Assembly (NCBI GenBank): GCA_964016885.1
Contig: OZ024754.1
Coordinates: forward strand, 14,012,001-14,076,000
Length of the DNA stretch: 64,000 nucleotides
Reading direction: 5' to 3'
Source: Eledone cirrhosa
Taxonomy: Eukaryota
The notes below the pieces were generated by a model that was given only the letters and a program-made list of their open reading frames with translations, was not told where the DNA came from and did no database searches. The first letter of the stretch is position 1. The number at the start of each line of letters is the position of its first letter. A program made the position numbers and the translations under genes. Positions 62,835-64,000 of this stretch are shown piece by piece.

Positions 62835-64000
62835 ATATTTCTTTTATTTGCCACTAGGGCATCAAAAGTGGGACAAGTACAAAGGGGGGAGTTTACACAA
62901 AAAGGCGTCCTCAATAAGGAGGAGGCAATAACAAAATATAAAAATAAAATAAGATATAACAAAAAATAACATTTTTAACAAAATCCTCAATAGAGAGGAG
63001 GCGCCTTGGGGGGTCGCACACACCCCCGAAAAAAGTGTGCAACCCTTCTCCTCAGGAGCACAGAGAAGGGGTGCTCCCTTGGTCTTTCATCTTCCTCACC
63101 TATAGTCTGATGTAGAGTGAAGGCCCATTCACACGGGCCATTCTCGCCACTTTCACCCATCTTTCATAGAAACGGCTGGGGTGCAGCACCTCTCTCTCCA
63201 TCCTGATCCTTCTTCCGAAATGATATCGGAAGAAACGGACCAGTTGTTGGCCAGAGAGAAAGGTGCCCGACCTCAGTCCTTTCAGACGCGTCCACCATAC
63301 AACCTCTTTCGCCATGGCTATTACGCACAGAAACACCGCCTCTGCTTCATCTTTGAAGGGGGGAGGCGGCTTGATCATTACAATAGACTCGGTGGTCAAC
63401 CGGATCGGTCCCACCCTTGACAGCAGTTGTTCGACATAGCCCCACAGATCGGCTACGCCCGAGCAGTGTACTAATGCGTGTGCAACGGTTTCCTCGTCGC
63501 ACACGCATCTGGGACAGATCTTTTTGGCGGGGTCCCTACCCGGGCGCCCGTGTCTGTAGAGCCTTTCTCGAACGGGTAAAGCCCCTCGGTAGCACTGCCA
63601 GGCCAGGGACTTCTGGAAGTTGTCCATAGGTCCCGGGCTGAATGTCCTACCGAAAAGGCTGGCCAGTTCGTCCTCCTCCATGTCTAGGGCTTCTCCGAGG
63701 GCGTCGTCGCACCTGCTGCGTACCAGCCCTCTATAGAATGTTGCGGTGGAGTCTCCACTGATAACCGGATCCGCCTGCCAGAGGGCGGTGAGCGCCTGGG
63801 CACACTCAGTGTGCCAGGCGCCCAGTTTTCTCGGTCTTTGCTTGACCCAGGATTGCAGCTCGGTGAGTGAGACGAGTCTGGGAAAGGTTCGTCTCACAAA
63901 CGAGGCCCACACCGGTTGTCCGGTGAGGAATACGTAGAGGTGCCGTAGCCTTAATGCGTGTTTACGCATCATTAGCCACGGCATCCCCAGCCCTCCTTTC
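62835..64000 (-). mobile_element. Second near-identical Tx1/L1-clade copy, running off the window end
   Basis: Almost identical to 58345-59505; lacks the 1-nt deletion seen near 59450. Confidence 0.93.

Overview
AT-rich, repeat-saturated animal genomic DNA. The SINE/RTE/microsatellite style resembles octopod cephalopods, but that is inference. By hand-splicing GT-AG exons I find two convergent, intron-rich genes that the ORF track largely misses. (1) A + strand gene with four tandem 6-cysteine (group A) SRCR domains in 8 exons (965-23265); its ends are uncertain. (2) The 3' part of a - strand receptor-type protein tyrosine phosphatase gene in 12 exons (56370 to stop at 31580, about 462 codons). 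Both of its PTP domains look catalytically degenerate: D1 reads VVQSKAGAGSTG with WPE, and D2 reads VHCRDGCTKSG. Introns and intergenic DNA hold RTE, Tx1/L1-like and R4-like LINE pieces, several tRNA-derived SINE families, TTAA and TA MITEs, and many minisatellites. The most striking unannotated signal is more than a dozen intact or decayed type I hammerhead-ribozyme motifs. Most lie in fold-back elements abutting (TA)n, and there is also a Penelope GIY-YIG fragment and a 472-nt hammerhead-bearing tandem unit, consistent with a Penelope-like/retrozyme system. Most long ORFs in the track are microsatellite artefacts.
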